A DNA stretch of 13,358 bases from positions 1 to 13,358 of the IMG/VR virus record IMGVR_UViG_3300045988_053599; one strand, given 5' to 3'. Source of the DNA: a virus. Each line of letters opens with the position of its first letter. The stretch's first letter is position 1. This document shows positions 1 to 7,252 of the stretch, in pieces. The translations under genes were made by a program, and so were the position numbers. The notes under the pieces were generated by a model. The model had not been told where the DNA came from. It worked only from the letters and a program-made list of their open reading frames with translations, and did no database searches.

Positions 1-120
1 GGGACACGTAATAGCATTTTGCACAAAATTTTTCCCCCAATCGCATATATTTTTGTGCAATCTGCTAGTGCCCGCATATAACAGTACCCACACCCCTGCC
101 GGGTAGGGGAGTGGGTATGA
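1..120. repeat. Left inverted terminal repeat (ITR), 120 bp
   Basis: Bases 1..120 are the exact reverse complement of 13239..13358. Identity breaks at base 121 (tctag..) versus the mirrored acaca... The terminus begins GGG. Confidence 0.97.
85..117 (-). terminator. Imperfect hairpin at the inner edge of the left ITR; possible terminator for the last late gene
   Basis: tacccacacccct (85..97) pairs with aggggagtgggta (105..117), a 13-bp stem with one A/A mismatch and a 7-nt loop. It lies 34 nt downstream of the stop at 151 on the minus strand and is followed by CTGTTATAT, only a weak U-tract. Confidence 0.3.
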
Positions 121-150
121 TCTAGTAATGATTATGAAATATAAACGCTA

Positions 151-1422
151 TTACACAAACAACGAACACATTGTAAACGTTGGAATCTGAAGGGCGATCT
201 GTGTTACTCCTGTTAAATTGACATATGCACCCGTGTCGGGCAGTGTAACGTTTTGAATGGAGAGGTCCGTACCTTTAACCATCATTTGGCAGTTGATCTT
301 GTGGAATCCTCCATCACCCACGACATACCCTGTCGTCATAGTTTGGCAAGCCATAGCGATATCATACGGGCGACCGTATTTTGTCGAAAGCGTACCAATA
401 CTATACTTTGTGTCACCCTTAATTGTTTGTGATGCACAAGTAACGGTTAGTCGCTGGTCGTCTGCTTTTGCCAGTGTCCAGGTATTTGCATAAATGCACT
501 CAGAAAATCCACCCCATGAATATTTTGTGGCAATGCCAGCGGGTGCAAGCTCAATGCTGTTGTATGCAAATTGCGCGGCATAGGTGCCCGTTTTAATAGC
601 GCTTACAATAGCGCCCGCAAGTAACTGATACCCTGCATCATTGGGGTGAATGTTGTCGGACGAAAACAGTGTATAATTGTGCATGATCTGCTCACATCCC
701 GGCAGGTATGCACAGTTACTCTCACCACATGCGGCATATGCGGGCAGTACGTTATTGGCAATGTTGGCTCTGGCTTGCCTGTCCGGGCTCCATGCAATCA
801 TACCAATATGCACAATGGCATTAGGAAAATTTGTTTTGCAGAGCCCTGCAAAAGACGCAATGTCTGCCGTGATTGTGTTGCCGCTGTAGTTGTTATCATT
901 GTACCCACCGAAAACATAAATATCGGTGATTTCAGCCGGGGCCGGGATTGTGGGTAATACGGACGTTACAAGATCGGCAAATTTGTAGCCAACTCTGGAA
1001 AAACCATACCCTCCTTGACATGCTTTATAATAATCGCCCGTTGCAAGGCCCAGAATTTGCGGCACTTTTTGGGACCACCCCATACCAGGACTTACACCGG
1101 CCCCCTCTCCCATTGAATAGCTGTCACCGACAAATAGGTACTTTTTCGGGCGGGCGATGCTATGCAGGCCGTCAATCTCGTTTTGGAGCTTTTTGTCCGC
1201 CTGCTCGCGGGCGTTCTGCTCTGCTGTGATAGCCTGCTTGCGGGCGTTCTGCTCTGCCGTAATAGCCTGCTCGCGGGCGTTCTGCTCTGCTGTGATGGCC
1301 TGCTGCAGCTGTGTATCTGCATGCTCACGGGCGGTAATTTCGTCAGCAATCTGCTGCCGGGCGGTGGTGTCCTTAACATGGTAGGGGACCGCGTCAATGT
1401 TCATTTTGTCGAAATCTGCCAT
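151..1422 (-). CDS. Tail fibre/appendage protein with SGNH (GDSL) hydrolase domain
   Basis: ATG at 1422 preceded by GGAGG. SGNH blocks are visible: FVGDSYSMG (block I GDS), GGYNDN (block III GxND) and DNIHPN (block V DxxH). The N-terminus has three 11-aa repeats AITAEQNAR(E/K)Q, stalk-like. A C-terminal domain of about 150 aa is of unknown fold. Confidence 0.8.
   Translation of the reverse strand: MADFDKMNIDAVPYHVKDTTARQQIADEITAREHADTQLQQAITAEQNAREQAITAEQNARKQAITAEQNAREQADKKLQNEIDGLHSIARPKKYLFVGDSYSMGEGAGVSPGMGWSQKVPQILGLATGDYYKACQGGYGFSRVGYKFADLVTSVLPTIPAPAEITDIYVFGGYNDNNYSGNTITADIASFAGLCKTNFPNAIVHIGMIAWSPDRQARANIANNVLPAYAACGESNCAYLPGCEQIMHNYTLFSSDNIHPNDAGYQLLAGAIVSAIKTGTYAAQFAYNSIELAPAGIATKYSWGGFSECIYANTWTLAKADDQRLTVTCASQTIKGDTKYSIGTLSTKYGRPYDIAMACQTMTTGYVVGDGGFHKINCQMMVKGTDLSIQNVTLPDTGAYVNLTGVTQIALQIPTFTMCSLFV
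1199..1304. repeat. Tandem repeat, 33 bp x 3.2 copies, inside the SGNH fibre gene
   Basis: Units at 1199..1231, 1232..1264 and 1265..1297. Units 1 and 3 differ only at the last base and unit 2 has 3 substitutions. A 7-bp partial fourth copy follows. Each unit encodes AITAEQNAR(E/K)Q. Confidence 0.95.
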
Positions 1423-1433
1423 TGTTGACCTCC

Positions 1434-1673
1434 TTACTTAGAAGAAGCTGTGGCGTGTGTTGCGGTCGTAATTGTAATGGTTTCCGTCGAGGGGGTATAT
1501 TCTACAGTCACGCGGGAAAGCTTTTCAACCTCCTTAACTTTTTTCAGTGCCTCATTTGCCGTGGTTGCGGCATTAGAGGCTGCTGTGTTGGCGCTCTGTG
1601 CGTTGCTGCGGGCAGTGGGGTCTTTAACGGTAATATCCTGGCCGCCCAGATTAAAAGTAGTTACATCAGGCAT
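1434..1673 (-). CDS. Small fibre-like structural protein (Ala/Thr/Ser-rich), function unknown
   Basis: ATG at 1673 preceded by GGGAGG. The N-terminal motif VKDPTAR at residues 16-22 is in the same register as VKDTTAR in the 423-aa fibre. The gene sits between two fibre genes. Confidence 0.55.
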   Translation of the reverse strand: MPDVTTFNLGGQDITVKDPTARSNAQSANTAASNAATTANEALKKVKEVEKLSRVTVEYTPSTETITITTATHATASSK

Positions 1674-1678
1674 AATAG

Positions 1679-2320
1679 TTACCTCCCTGTAATGGTGATG
1701 GTTTGGTCCTCGGGGCTGTACACATGTACATCCCCGCCGTATATGGTGCTTGCCGCACTGGGCGGGAATCCTAGGTTAATACTTGTATCGCTGGCCCGGT
1801 ACCACGCAGTGGGCATATTGAACAGTCGGGAAATAAGGTCAACCACAGATACTTCGATGCAGTTTGTGCCAATAACCACAAGCGACGTCTGCGGGATGGG
1901 TTGGGGGTTTGTGCAAAGGACATCACCGACAAAAAACACGCTATTAGCAGGTAATTGTTCAGTAGCGGCCTGCCCGTTTTCCTGTTGCGGCACTGCCGTG
2001 ATAGCATTTTTAAGCGGGTTAATAAAATTTTGTAACGTGAATACGGGGGTCCAGTAGTCAGTATTTGTGATCTGCACCCCCTGGGGGACGGGCTGAACGG
2101 AAAGATATGCAGTGCCGTCCTGCGGGTCCAGAACCAGGGTGTTTTGCGCGTACTGGCTGGTGATGTCCCACTTAATGGGATCCGCATACTTAATTGTATT
2201 GAGGTTAACAAAATTTGCAAGTTTCCGATTGAATTCATTAAGCGCCTCAATAATCCAATCTAGGTTCATATCGTGGAAATTGGTATAGGGTGCTTTGTGA
2301 ATCGGATAAATGTCATTCAT
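1679..2320 (-). CDS. Putative tail fibre / receptor-binding (appendage-position) protein
   Basis: ATG at 2320 preceded by GGAGA. Its position just after the lower-collar candidate matches phi29 gene 12. The N-terminus (DMNLDWII...YWTPVF) resembles N-termini I recall from Firmicute phage fibre proteins, but this is unverified. Confidence 0.45.
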   Translation of the reverse strand: MNDIYPIHKAPYTNFHDMNLDWIIEALNEFNRKLANFVNLNTIKYADPIKWDITSQYAQNTLVLDPQDGTAYLSVQPVPQGVQITNTDYWTPVFTLQNFINPLKNAITAVPQQENGQAATEQLPANSVFFVGDVLCTNPQPIPQTSLVVIGTNCIEVSVVDLISRLFNMPTAWYRASDTSINLGFPPSAASTIYGGDVHVYSPEDQTITITGR

Positions 2321-2334
2321 TCGCTGTCATCTCC

Positions 2335-3024
2335 TTAATATACCAGCAGGCAAAAGTTTGCCTGAATATCTGCAACGATCTTATTCACCGCGTTTTTGGC
2401 GGCCAGGGTCAGCTCCTTGGCAATCAGGTCTTGCGGGTCTTTGCCCGCCCGGCCCTTTTCGGTCACGGTGTCTTTGTACCTATCCTGCGCTTTGGTGGTC
2501 CCGTCATTGGTAGTTGTCTGGTCGTCGGTGGTTGTGTCGGTGCCGGTGCTGGTGATCTTGTTACCGGTGCCCAGGGTGGTGGTACTCTTTTCGGCGGGCA
2601 CAAAGGTCCCGCTGTCAAAACCCGTCACATCCCTGGTAGTGTTGTCGCTGCCATTATTCTGGCCGATGGTGGTAAGGTCAGGGGTGCGGGTGGTTTTGCC
2701 TGCCACCACGTTTTTGCTGCTGTTGGTGCCGCTGTTGGTCCCCTTGTGCTCCACGGTCCTGGTGCGATCATCGGAGGCCAACACGTCATAGTCAAGGCCC
2801 AGGGCTTTTGCATACCGGGTCCAGCTGGGCAGCATGGTTTCCGAAAACACGCCCAAGGCCCTTTGCATGGTGGGGCCATCGGTATAAAGTACCTCCAGCT
2901 CCAACGTATCAAATAGCAGCTGGTTACATACCGTCTCTTTTGATACGCTGTCAGGGACTTTAAGGTCATCGAATAGTGGGGGGTATCCTGCTAGTAACCC
3001 GTTAAAGCTTAGTGTTGCGTGCAT
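2335..3024 (-). CDS. Putative lower collar / tail tube protein (phi29 gp11 position)
   Basis: ATG at 3024 preceded by GGAGG, overlapping the portal 3' end by 23 nt. It lies immediately downstream of the portal as in phi29. The central Thr/Gly/Asp/Asn-rich region is compatible with extended beta-hairpins. No sequence motif was verified. Confidence 0.45.
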   Translation of the reverse strand: MHATLSFNGLLAGYPPLFDDLKVPDSVSKETVCNQLLFDTLELEVLYTDGPTMQRALGVFSETMLPSWTRYAKALGLDYDVLASDDRTRTVEHKGTNSGTNSSKNVVAGKTTRTPDLTTIGQNNGSDNTTRDVTGFDSGTFVPAEKSTTTLGTGNKITSTGTDTTTDDQTTTNDGTTKAQDRYKDTVTEKGRAGKDPQDLIAKELTLAAKNAVNKIVADIQANFCLLVY

Positions 3025-3943
3025 TGTTGGTCACCTCCTGCATGCCGGTGTCGGGTGGGAATCTCCAATCAACCCACAGCTGCGATCTGTCAATCCCAAA
3101 AAGCTTGTGGACCCGCTCGCAGCTGCGCTGCAAGCTGTCCAGCCACAGCGACGCTTTTGCAGCCGTCTCCACGTTGTTGGAATTGACCTCATCGGTCAGC
3201 ATGCGCTCTTTTTTGCTTGTGTTGGTGTTGGGGATACCGACTTCGGTATCAAAAAGCGCCTTGATGGTTTTAAGGGCCGTCAACAGCTCGTTGGTGATGA
3301 AATTGCCTTTGAGGTCCGCTGAAAAGTACATCCACGGGGATTGACCGGAGGCCCCGGTCTTAGACGCTTTAAGCAAAGAGGAATCGACAAAAACAGCTGG
3401 GTCCCCCTGCATGATCTGATCAAACATTTTCTTAAAAGATTCCGCGCCCGCCTTGTTGCCTGCCGCGAACACATATGCCAAACGGCTGTTGATTAAATTG
3501 CTCTGGATGGTCTGGGCGGCAAGGGCCATTAGGTCCCCATAATATGCCACAATATCCACCATGCCCCTGTAATCAGGCTGCAGGTTGATGATCTCGCACT
3601 GCCTGCCAATCTGCAGATACGGGGAACCCTTGATAAAGGGATTTGCCACGATGGAGTGTGTGGGATTGTAAAAGATATTGATGCCGGTCAGTCCCATGCG
3701 ATCATATACCAGGCCGTACCGGTCGGTATCAAATACTGTTACACCGCCGGACCCGAATACCAGGTATTGCAAGCGGTTACTGGGCCAGGTTTCGGGCAGT
3801 GTCCACCGGACCATAGACACGGCTTCCAAAAACAGGTATTTTCGGAAATAGTATGACAGGTTGTTGCCCTTGGTGTGCATGACAGACGGTGTTACCGGTG
3901 ATACATGGGCATTGATCTGATCATAGCTATAGGGTGCACTCAC
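3002..3943 (-). CDS. Portal (connector / upper collar) protein, phi29 gp10-like
   Basis: 313 aa against 309 aa for phi29 gp10. The C-terminal block KKERMLTDEVNSN matches phi29 KKERMVTDEVSSN as recalled. A GTG start at 3943 overlaps the upstream stop (GTGA). An alternative ATG lies at 3880. Confidence 0.85.
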   Translation of the reverse strand: MSAPYSYDQINAHVSPVTPSVMHTKGNNLSYYFRKYLFLEAVSMVRWTLPETWPSNRLQYLVFGSGGVTVFDTDRYGLVYDRMGLTGINIFYNPTHSIVANPFIKGSPYLQIGRQCEIINLQPDYRGMVDIVAYYGDLMALAAQTIQSNLINSRLAYVFAAGNKAGAESFKKMFDQIMQGDPAVFVDSSLLKASKTGASGQSPWMYFSADLKGNFITNELLTALKTIKALFDTEVGIPNTNTSKKERMLTDEVNSNNVETAAKASLWLDSLQRSCERVHKLFGIDRSQLWVDWRFPPDTGMQEVTNNARNTKL

Positions 3944-4494
3944 AGCAGCTTGCCCCCCTTTGCCATCTTAAACAGCAGCCACACCGGCAGCTTGCCGGTG
4001 GGCCACGGGCCCGGCCCAGGACCCGGCCCCGGGGGATTGCTTGCATCCCATTCCACTTCCCAGGTCCCGACCTGGTTCGGGATTCCCAGAATCGCGGAGG
4101 GGTCCGTTCTGTTGGCGGTGCCATAGCCGCCTACCCAATATTCCCAGTGCGTGTGGATTCCGCTTGCGTTGCCGGTCTGGCCTTGCTGCCCAATAAATTG
4201 GCCGCGCGTGATCGTCTCGCCAACGCTGTGAATCTGCTTGGCAAAATGAGCTGCAAGCCAATAGCTGTTGTCGCTCATCTTGATCACGATATAATTGCCC
4301 CAGGAATCGTTGCCAGTTGTGCCGCCCTGCCACTTATGGGCTGTTACGACCGTACCGGCCATTGGTGCATATGCCTTGTGATCTTTATGCACTGTGTCAA
4401 TGCCACCATGGGGGCTGCCGTCAGAGTATGCGGGATATGCTGCAGATACTCTAATGGGTGACACTCCTGTGATACATTGCTTATATACTGCCAT
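3940..4494 (-). CDS. Peptidase M23 (LytM-type) peptidoglycan endopeptidase; tail-associated lysin and/or endolysin
   Basis: Zn-ligand motifs HGGID (HxxxD) and GIHTHWE (HxH), plus GQTGNASG. The ATG at 4494 has GGAGG 8 nt upstream. The track start at 4503 is GTG and lies inside that RBS. The C-terminus has a PPGPGPGPGP linker and a 21-aa hydrophobic-cationic tail. Confidence 0.85.
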   Translation of the reverse strand: MAVYKQCITGVSPIRVSAAYPAYSDGSPHGGIDTVHKDHKAYAPMAGTVVTAHKWQGGTTGNDSWGNYIVIKMSDNSYWLAAHFAKQIHSVGETITRGQFIGQQGQTGNASGIHTHWEYWVGGYGTANRTDPSAILGIPNQVGTWEVEWDASNPPGPGPGPGPWPTGKLPVWLLFKMAKGGKLL

Positions 4495-4506
4495 TATAAA
4501 CACCTC

Positions 4507-5919
4507 CTACTCAAGGAAAAATCCATTGCGCAAAAAGCTTTTGACGCTGTCGATCTCGGCAGCCGTCGCCGGTAAAGCAAGATCCGGGTCGTCGACCATG
4601 ATAAAGCCCGGAATCGTGGACAGCTGCACACGCTGGCACAGTGGCCGACCATGGTCCTCGTTGTTGTCGTCCACGATCTCATAAAATGCACCGGTCAAAT
4701 ATGGGGTGATACCGTATTTTGCGACGCTGGCCCCTCCGCCTTTGGACTGGCTGGTGACGGTGGTTTGCTGGGCACCGGAGGCTATGCCGTTGGCAATGTC
4801 GCCGTTTCCGAAAAAGGACGCAATGCCGCCAGCCACAGCACCCACCGCCGTTTGAATCAGGCCGCCAACGCTGGCCAGCTCATTGACGTTAGTCGCGATC
4901 TGCGCCAGCTGCACCGGCACTGCCACGTTGCTGGACGTGGAAAAGACGATGGTACTAAAATCTTGCTTAAATGACACATCCAGGACCGCATCGCCGGTGC
5001 GGTAGTCAACCGTCAAACGGCAGTGTAATGTGCTTTGCCGCACAAACAAGTTAGCATTTAACTTGATCTCGCCAAAGGGCGGGCAGTACAGCGTGTACTC
5101 GGAATATGGTGCCCCGTCTGTGTACGCGCCTCTTGTGTTGAGCTGCGGGTGGTGTGGGGTCGCAATACTAAATGTAAATACCTGTTTGTCGTTGCTGTTT
5201 TGTATAACATAAGCGTTCCCGACGTTCTGCAGTTTCCACCAACCGACGGGGATGTCGGTAATGGGGGTGCCGATACCGGCGTTGCCGCACGGAATCCAAA
5301 ACGCTTTGGAGATATACTGGATGGGATTAAACAGCGCTTTAGTAAGGTTGCTGCTGATCTCCTCCGAACTAATATTAAGATAGTCGGTATTCTGCAGGAG
5401 GGCGGCCATGAGCTTTTGAAATGAGGTACCGCTCATTGCCAGATAAATGGCCCCGCCAAAAGACACATATCCAGGGGCGTTGACCACCACAACAAAAAAA
5501 CCAATATTGCCCTCAGGGTCATCGGAAAACGGTGTGGTACTTGCCTTTACGGTCTTGAGGGTCAGGGGTGCTTTGGTCGGGTACAAACTATCTGTAATAT
5601 TGCCGTCATACTTGGCGGACGATCTCACAACGTACTCTGTAGCGCTGCTGATCTCGTCCCGGTAACTTGCAAGGGTGTCGACGGTCAAGGATGCAATCCA
5701 GCGCGCGTCCGAATATGTCCAGTTTTTAATCCAGTAGTACCGGCCAAAAATGGGGATATTGCAATAATTGTACCCGGTGGGGTTGCTCTCTGTAGCAATC
5801 TTAATTTCAGGGTCGATGATGGTACACGGGGATTTTAGGTTGATCTCAAACGTTCGCCCGCCGGTGGGCAGCTTGGTACTGTTTGAGCGCTTGGTGATCT
5901 GGTAAAATACTGCTTGCAT
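4507..5919 (-). CDS. Tail knob / distal tube protein, phi29 gp9-like
   Basis: ATG at 5919 preceded by AAGGAGGTG. Its position follows the capsid gene as gene 9 does in phi29. The N-terminal domain pattern (GRYYWIKNWTY...LTVDTLASY) resembles the gp9 N-terminus (NKWFYAFVTELEF...EIDVLQTW, as recalled). Residues 348-400 form a Gly/Ala-rich hydrophobic segment. Confidence 0.65.
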   Translation of the reverse strand: MQAVFYQITKRSNSTKLPTGGRTFEINLKSPCTIIDPEIKIATESNPTGYNYCNIPIFGRYYWIKNWTYSDARWIASLTVDTLASYRDEISSATEYVVRSSAKYDGNITDSLYPTKAPLTLKTVKASTTPFSDDPEGNIGFFVVVVNAPGYVSFGGAIYLAMSGTSFQKLMAALLQNTDYLNISSEEISSNLTKALFNPIQYISKAFWIPCGNAGIGTPITDIPVGWWKLQNVGNAYVIQNSNDKQVFTFSIATPHHPQLNTRGAYTDGAPYSEYTLYCPPFGEIKLNANLFVRQSTLHCRLTVDYRTGDAVLDVSFKQDFSTIVFSTSSNVAVPVQLAQIATNVNELASVGGLIQTAVGAVAGGIASFFGNGDIANGIASGAQQTTVTSQSKGGGASVAKYGITPYLTGAFYEIVDDNNEDHGRPLCQRVQLSTIPGFIMVDDPDLALPATAAEIDSVKSFLRNGFFLE

Positions 5920-5936
5920 GTTGCATACACCTCCTT

Positions 5937-5971
5937 ATAAAATAACCGGCGGGAGCAAATGCCCCGCCGGT
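5937..5971 (-). terminator. Rho-independent terminator after the capsid gene
   Basis: Minus strand reads ACCGGCGGG-gcatttgct-CCCGCCGGT, a 9-bp GC stem with a 9-nt loop, followed by TATTTTAT. It starts 6 nt after the capsid stop codon. Confidence 0.7.
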
Positions 5972-5976
5972 GCCGG

Positions 5977-7251
5977 TCAGGACTTAGAGGGGTCTGCGTC
6001 CTTGTGCATGGTGGTTTTGAGGGTGGAGGCTTTGGCCGCGCGGCCCGTGCTGGGCGCGGTCACGTCGCCCGCCGTCATCAAAAACAGGACGGCGTTTTCG
6101 GTAAAATCGTCGTACCAGCTCCAGCCGTAATGATACCAGAAATTGGTATACAGGCCGCGCGCGTTCATCGGCGTGGGGACGACGCGGGACAGCTTCGGAG
6201 TGTAGCCGATTGCGTCCCAGTCAAGCAGACAGCCAAACACGTTGGTCAGCTGCACGGCTGCATTTTTGGTTGCCACGCCGGCGGTACTGGTAACAACAGG
6301 GGTTGCGGCGATCGTTTCGCGGTCGTCGATGTCCTGCCAAAACGTGACCTGTTCCGCGTCACGGTACCGGAGCATGTCATCGTGGAATACCTCCGGAATA
6401 ACGCGGGCATCAATCTGGCTCTGAGTGCCGCTGTACAGATACAGGTGCTGGCGATCATACGGGGTATGCCGCATAATGTTGTAAGTCTTGCTGCCGATCG
6501 TCCAGTTCTGGTGCCAGTTGATCGTGCGTTCTTTCATCAAGCGGGAAATGTCGTTGATACGCCCGTATGCAAACTTAGCAAATCCGGGGAAATTGGCCTC
6601 TTTGTACACGTCGGCAACCGTGAGCTTGGTGCCCTGCTGGGCGTTGTACTCATCCAGCAGGTAAATAACGCTTTTGGGGCTGGTGACAGTCATGCCGGTC
6701 AGGTGGTTGGCCATCAGGTTGTTGGCCAGGTTGCGCCGGTCGGCCTCGATCTGGTTGGACAGATGGAGGACAAACGAGGACCAAAACTGTGCCAGCTCTT
6801 CGGGCCCCTTAAATGCCGCCTGCATTTGAGTGTCAGCCTGGGTGTACACGCGGCTATAGTTGGTCTGACCATAATAGTTGGTCTGCAGGACCTGGGGCTT
6901 GTGTACCTCGTACATGTCGACGCTATCGCCATCTTCCAGGGCCCAGGCTTTATCCGTCACGGGGTCAGAATCGCAAAAATTGATCTTGCGAACGTGGTTG
7001 GTCCAGTCGTCGCCGGTAACCTGCAGGCGCTTCATCGGCGCGTCATAGGGCCGGACCGCAAAAATAGTGCGGCCCAGCACCTGGCTGATTGCCTTGGTGT
7101 AGTTGTCGGGGCCGGTCAGCAAAGTGGCCTGCGCGACAGATACAAAACTTGAGGTGTCCACGATGGGAGACGTGGGCTCCTGGCCAGTTGCCATCTTGTT
7201 GATCTCGGTCAAAATTGCGGCAATGTCCGCAAAACTCATACCAAGCGGCAT
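5977..7251 (-). CDS. Major capsid protein, phi29 gp8-like (HK97 fold family)
   Basis: ATG at 7251 preceded by GGAGG. The C-terminal block ARGLYTNFWYHYGWSWYDDFTENAVLFL aligns with phi29 gp8 [28 protein letters not shown] as recalled. The 424-aa protein has no C-terminal Ig-like extension. Confidence 0.85.
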   Translation of the reverse strand: MPLGMSFADIAAILTEINKMATGQEPTSPIVDTSSFVSVAQATLLTGPDNYTKAISQVLGRTIFAVRPYDAPMKRLQVTGDDWTNHVRKINFCDSDPVTDKAWALEDGDSVDMYEVHKPQVLQTNYYGQTNYSRVYTQADTQMQAAFKGPEELAQFWSSFVLHLSNQIEADRRNLANNLMANHLTGMTVTSPKSVIYLLDEYNAQQGTKLTVADVYKEANFPGFAKFAYGRINDISRLMKERTINWHQNWTIGSKTYNIMRHTPYDRQHLYLYSGTQSQIDARVIPEVFHDDMLRYRDAEQVTFWQDIDDRETIAATPVVTSTAGVATKNAAVQLTNVFGCLLDWDAIGYTPKLSRVVPTPMNARGLYTNFWYHYGWSWYDDFTENAVLFLMTAGDVTAPSTGRAAKASTLKTTMHKDADPSKS

Positions 7252-7252
7252 C

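Noticed and set aside
1199-1304. The 33-bp direct repeats considered as a CRISPR-like array.
   Set aside because: The units are contiguous with no spacers, lie in frame inside a CDS, and encode an 11-aa peptide repeat.
1092-1397. Alternative-frame minus and plus ORFs across the repeat region (101 aa, 75 aa and 88 aa).
   Set aside because: These are frame-shifted readings of the same 33-bp repeat. The SGNH-fibre frame is the only one with an RBS, a start codon and catalytic motifs.
1422-2916. Plus-strand ORFs 1422..2057 (211 aa) and 2290..2916 (208 aa).
   Set aside because: They are antisense to well-supported fibre and collar genes. They lack ribosome-binding sites and encode Cys/Gly/Arg-rich nonsense-like sequence.
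4006-4035. GC-rich simple repeat (gggccc/ggcccc runs) considered as a regulatory or slippery element.
   Set aside because: It is explained by in-frame Pro-Gly codons of the PPGPGPGPGP linker in the M23 peptidase.
5959-7152. 397-aa plus-strand ORF, the longest on that strand.
   Set aside because: It is entirely antisense to the capsid gene, which has clear phi29 gp8 similarity. The product is a Gly/Arg/Val/Ala-rich low-complexity protein typical of shadow ORFs in GC-rich coding DNA, and no RBS is present.
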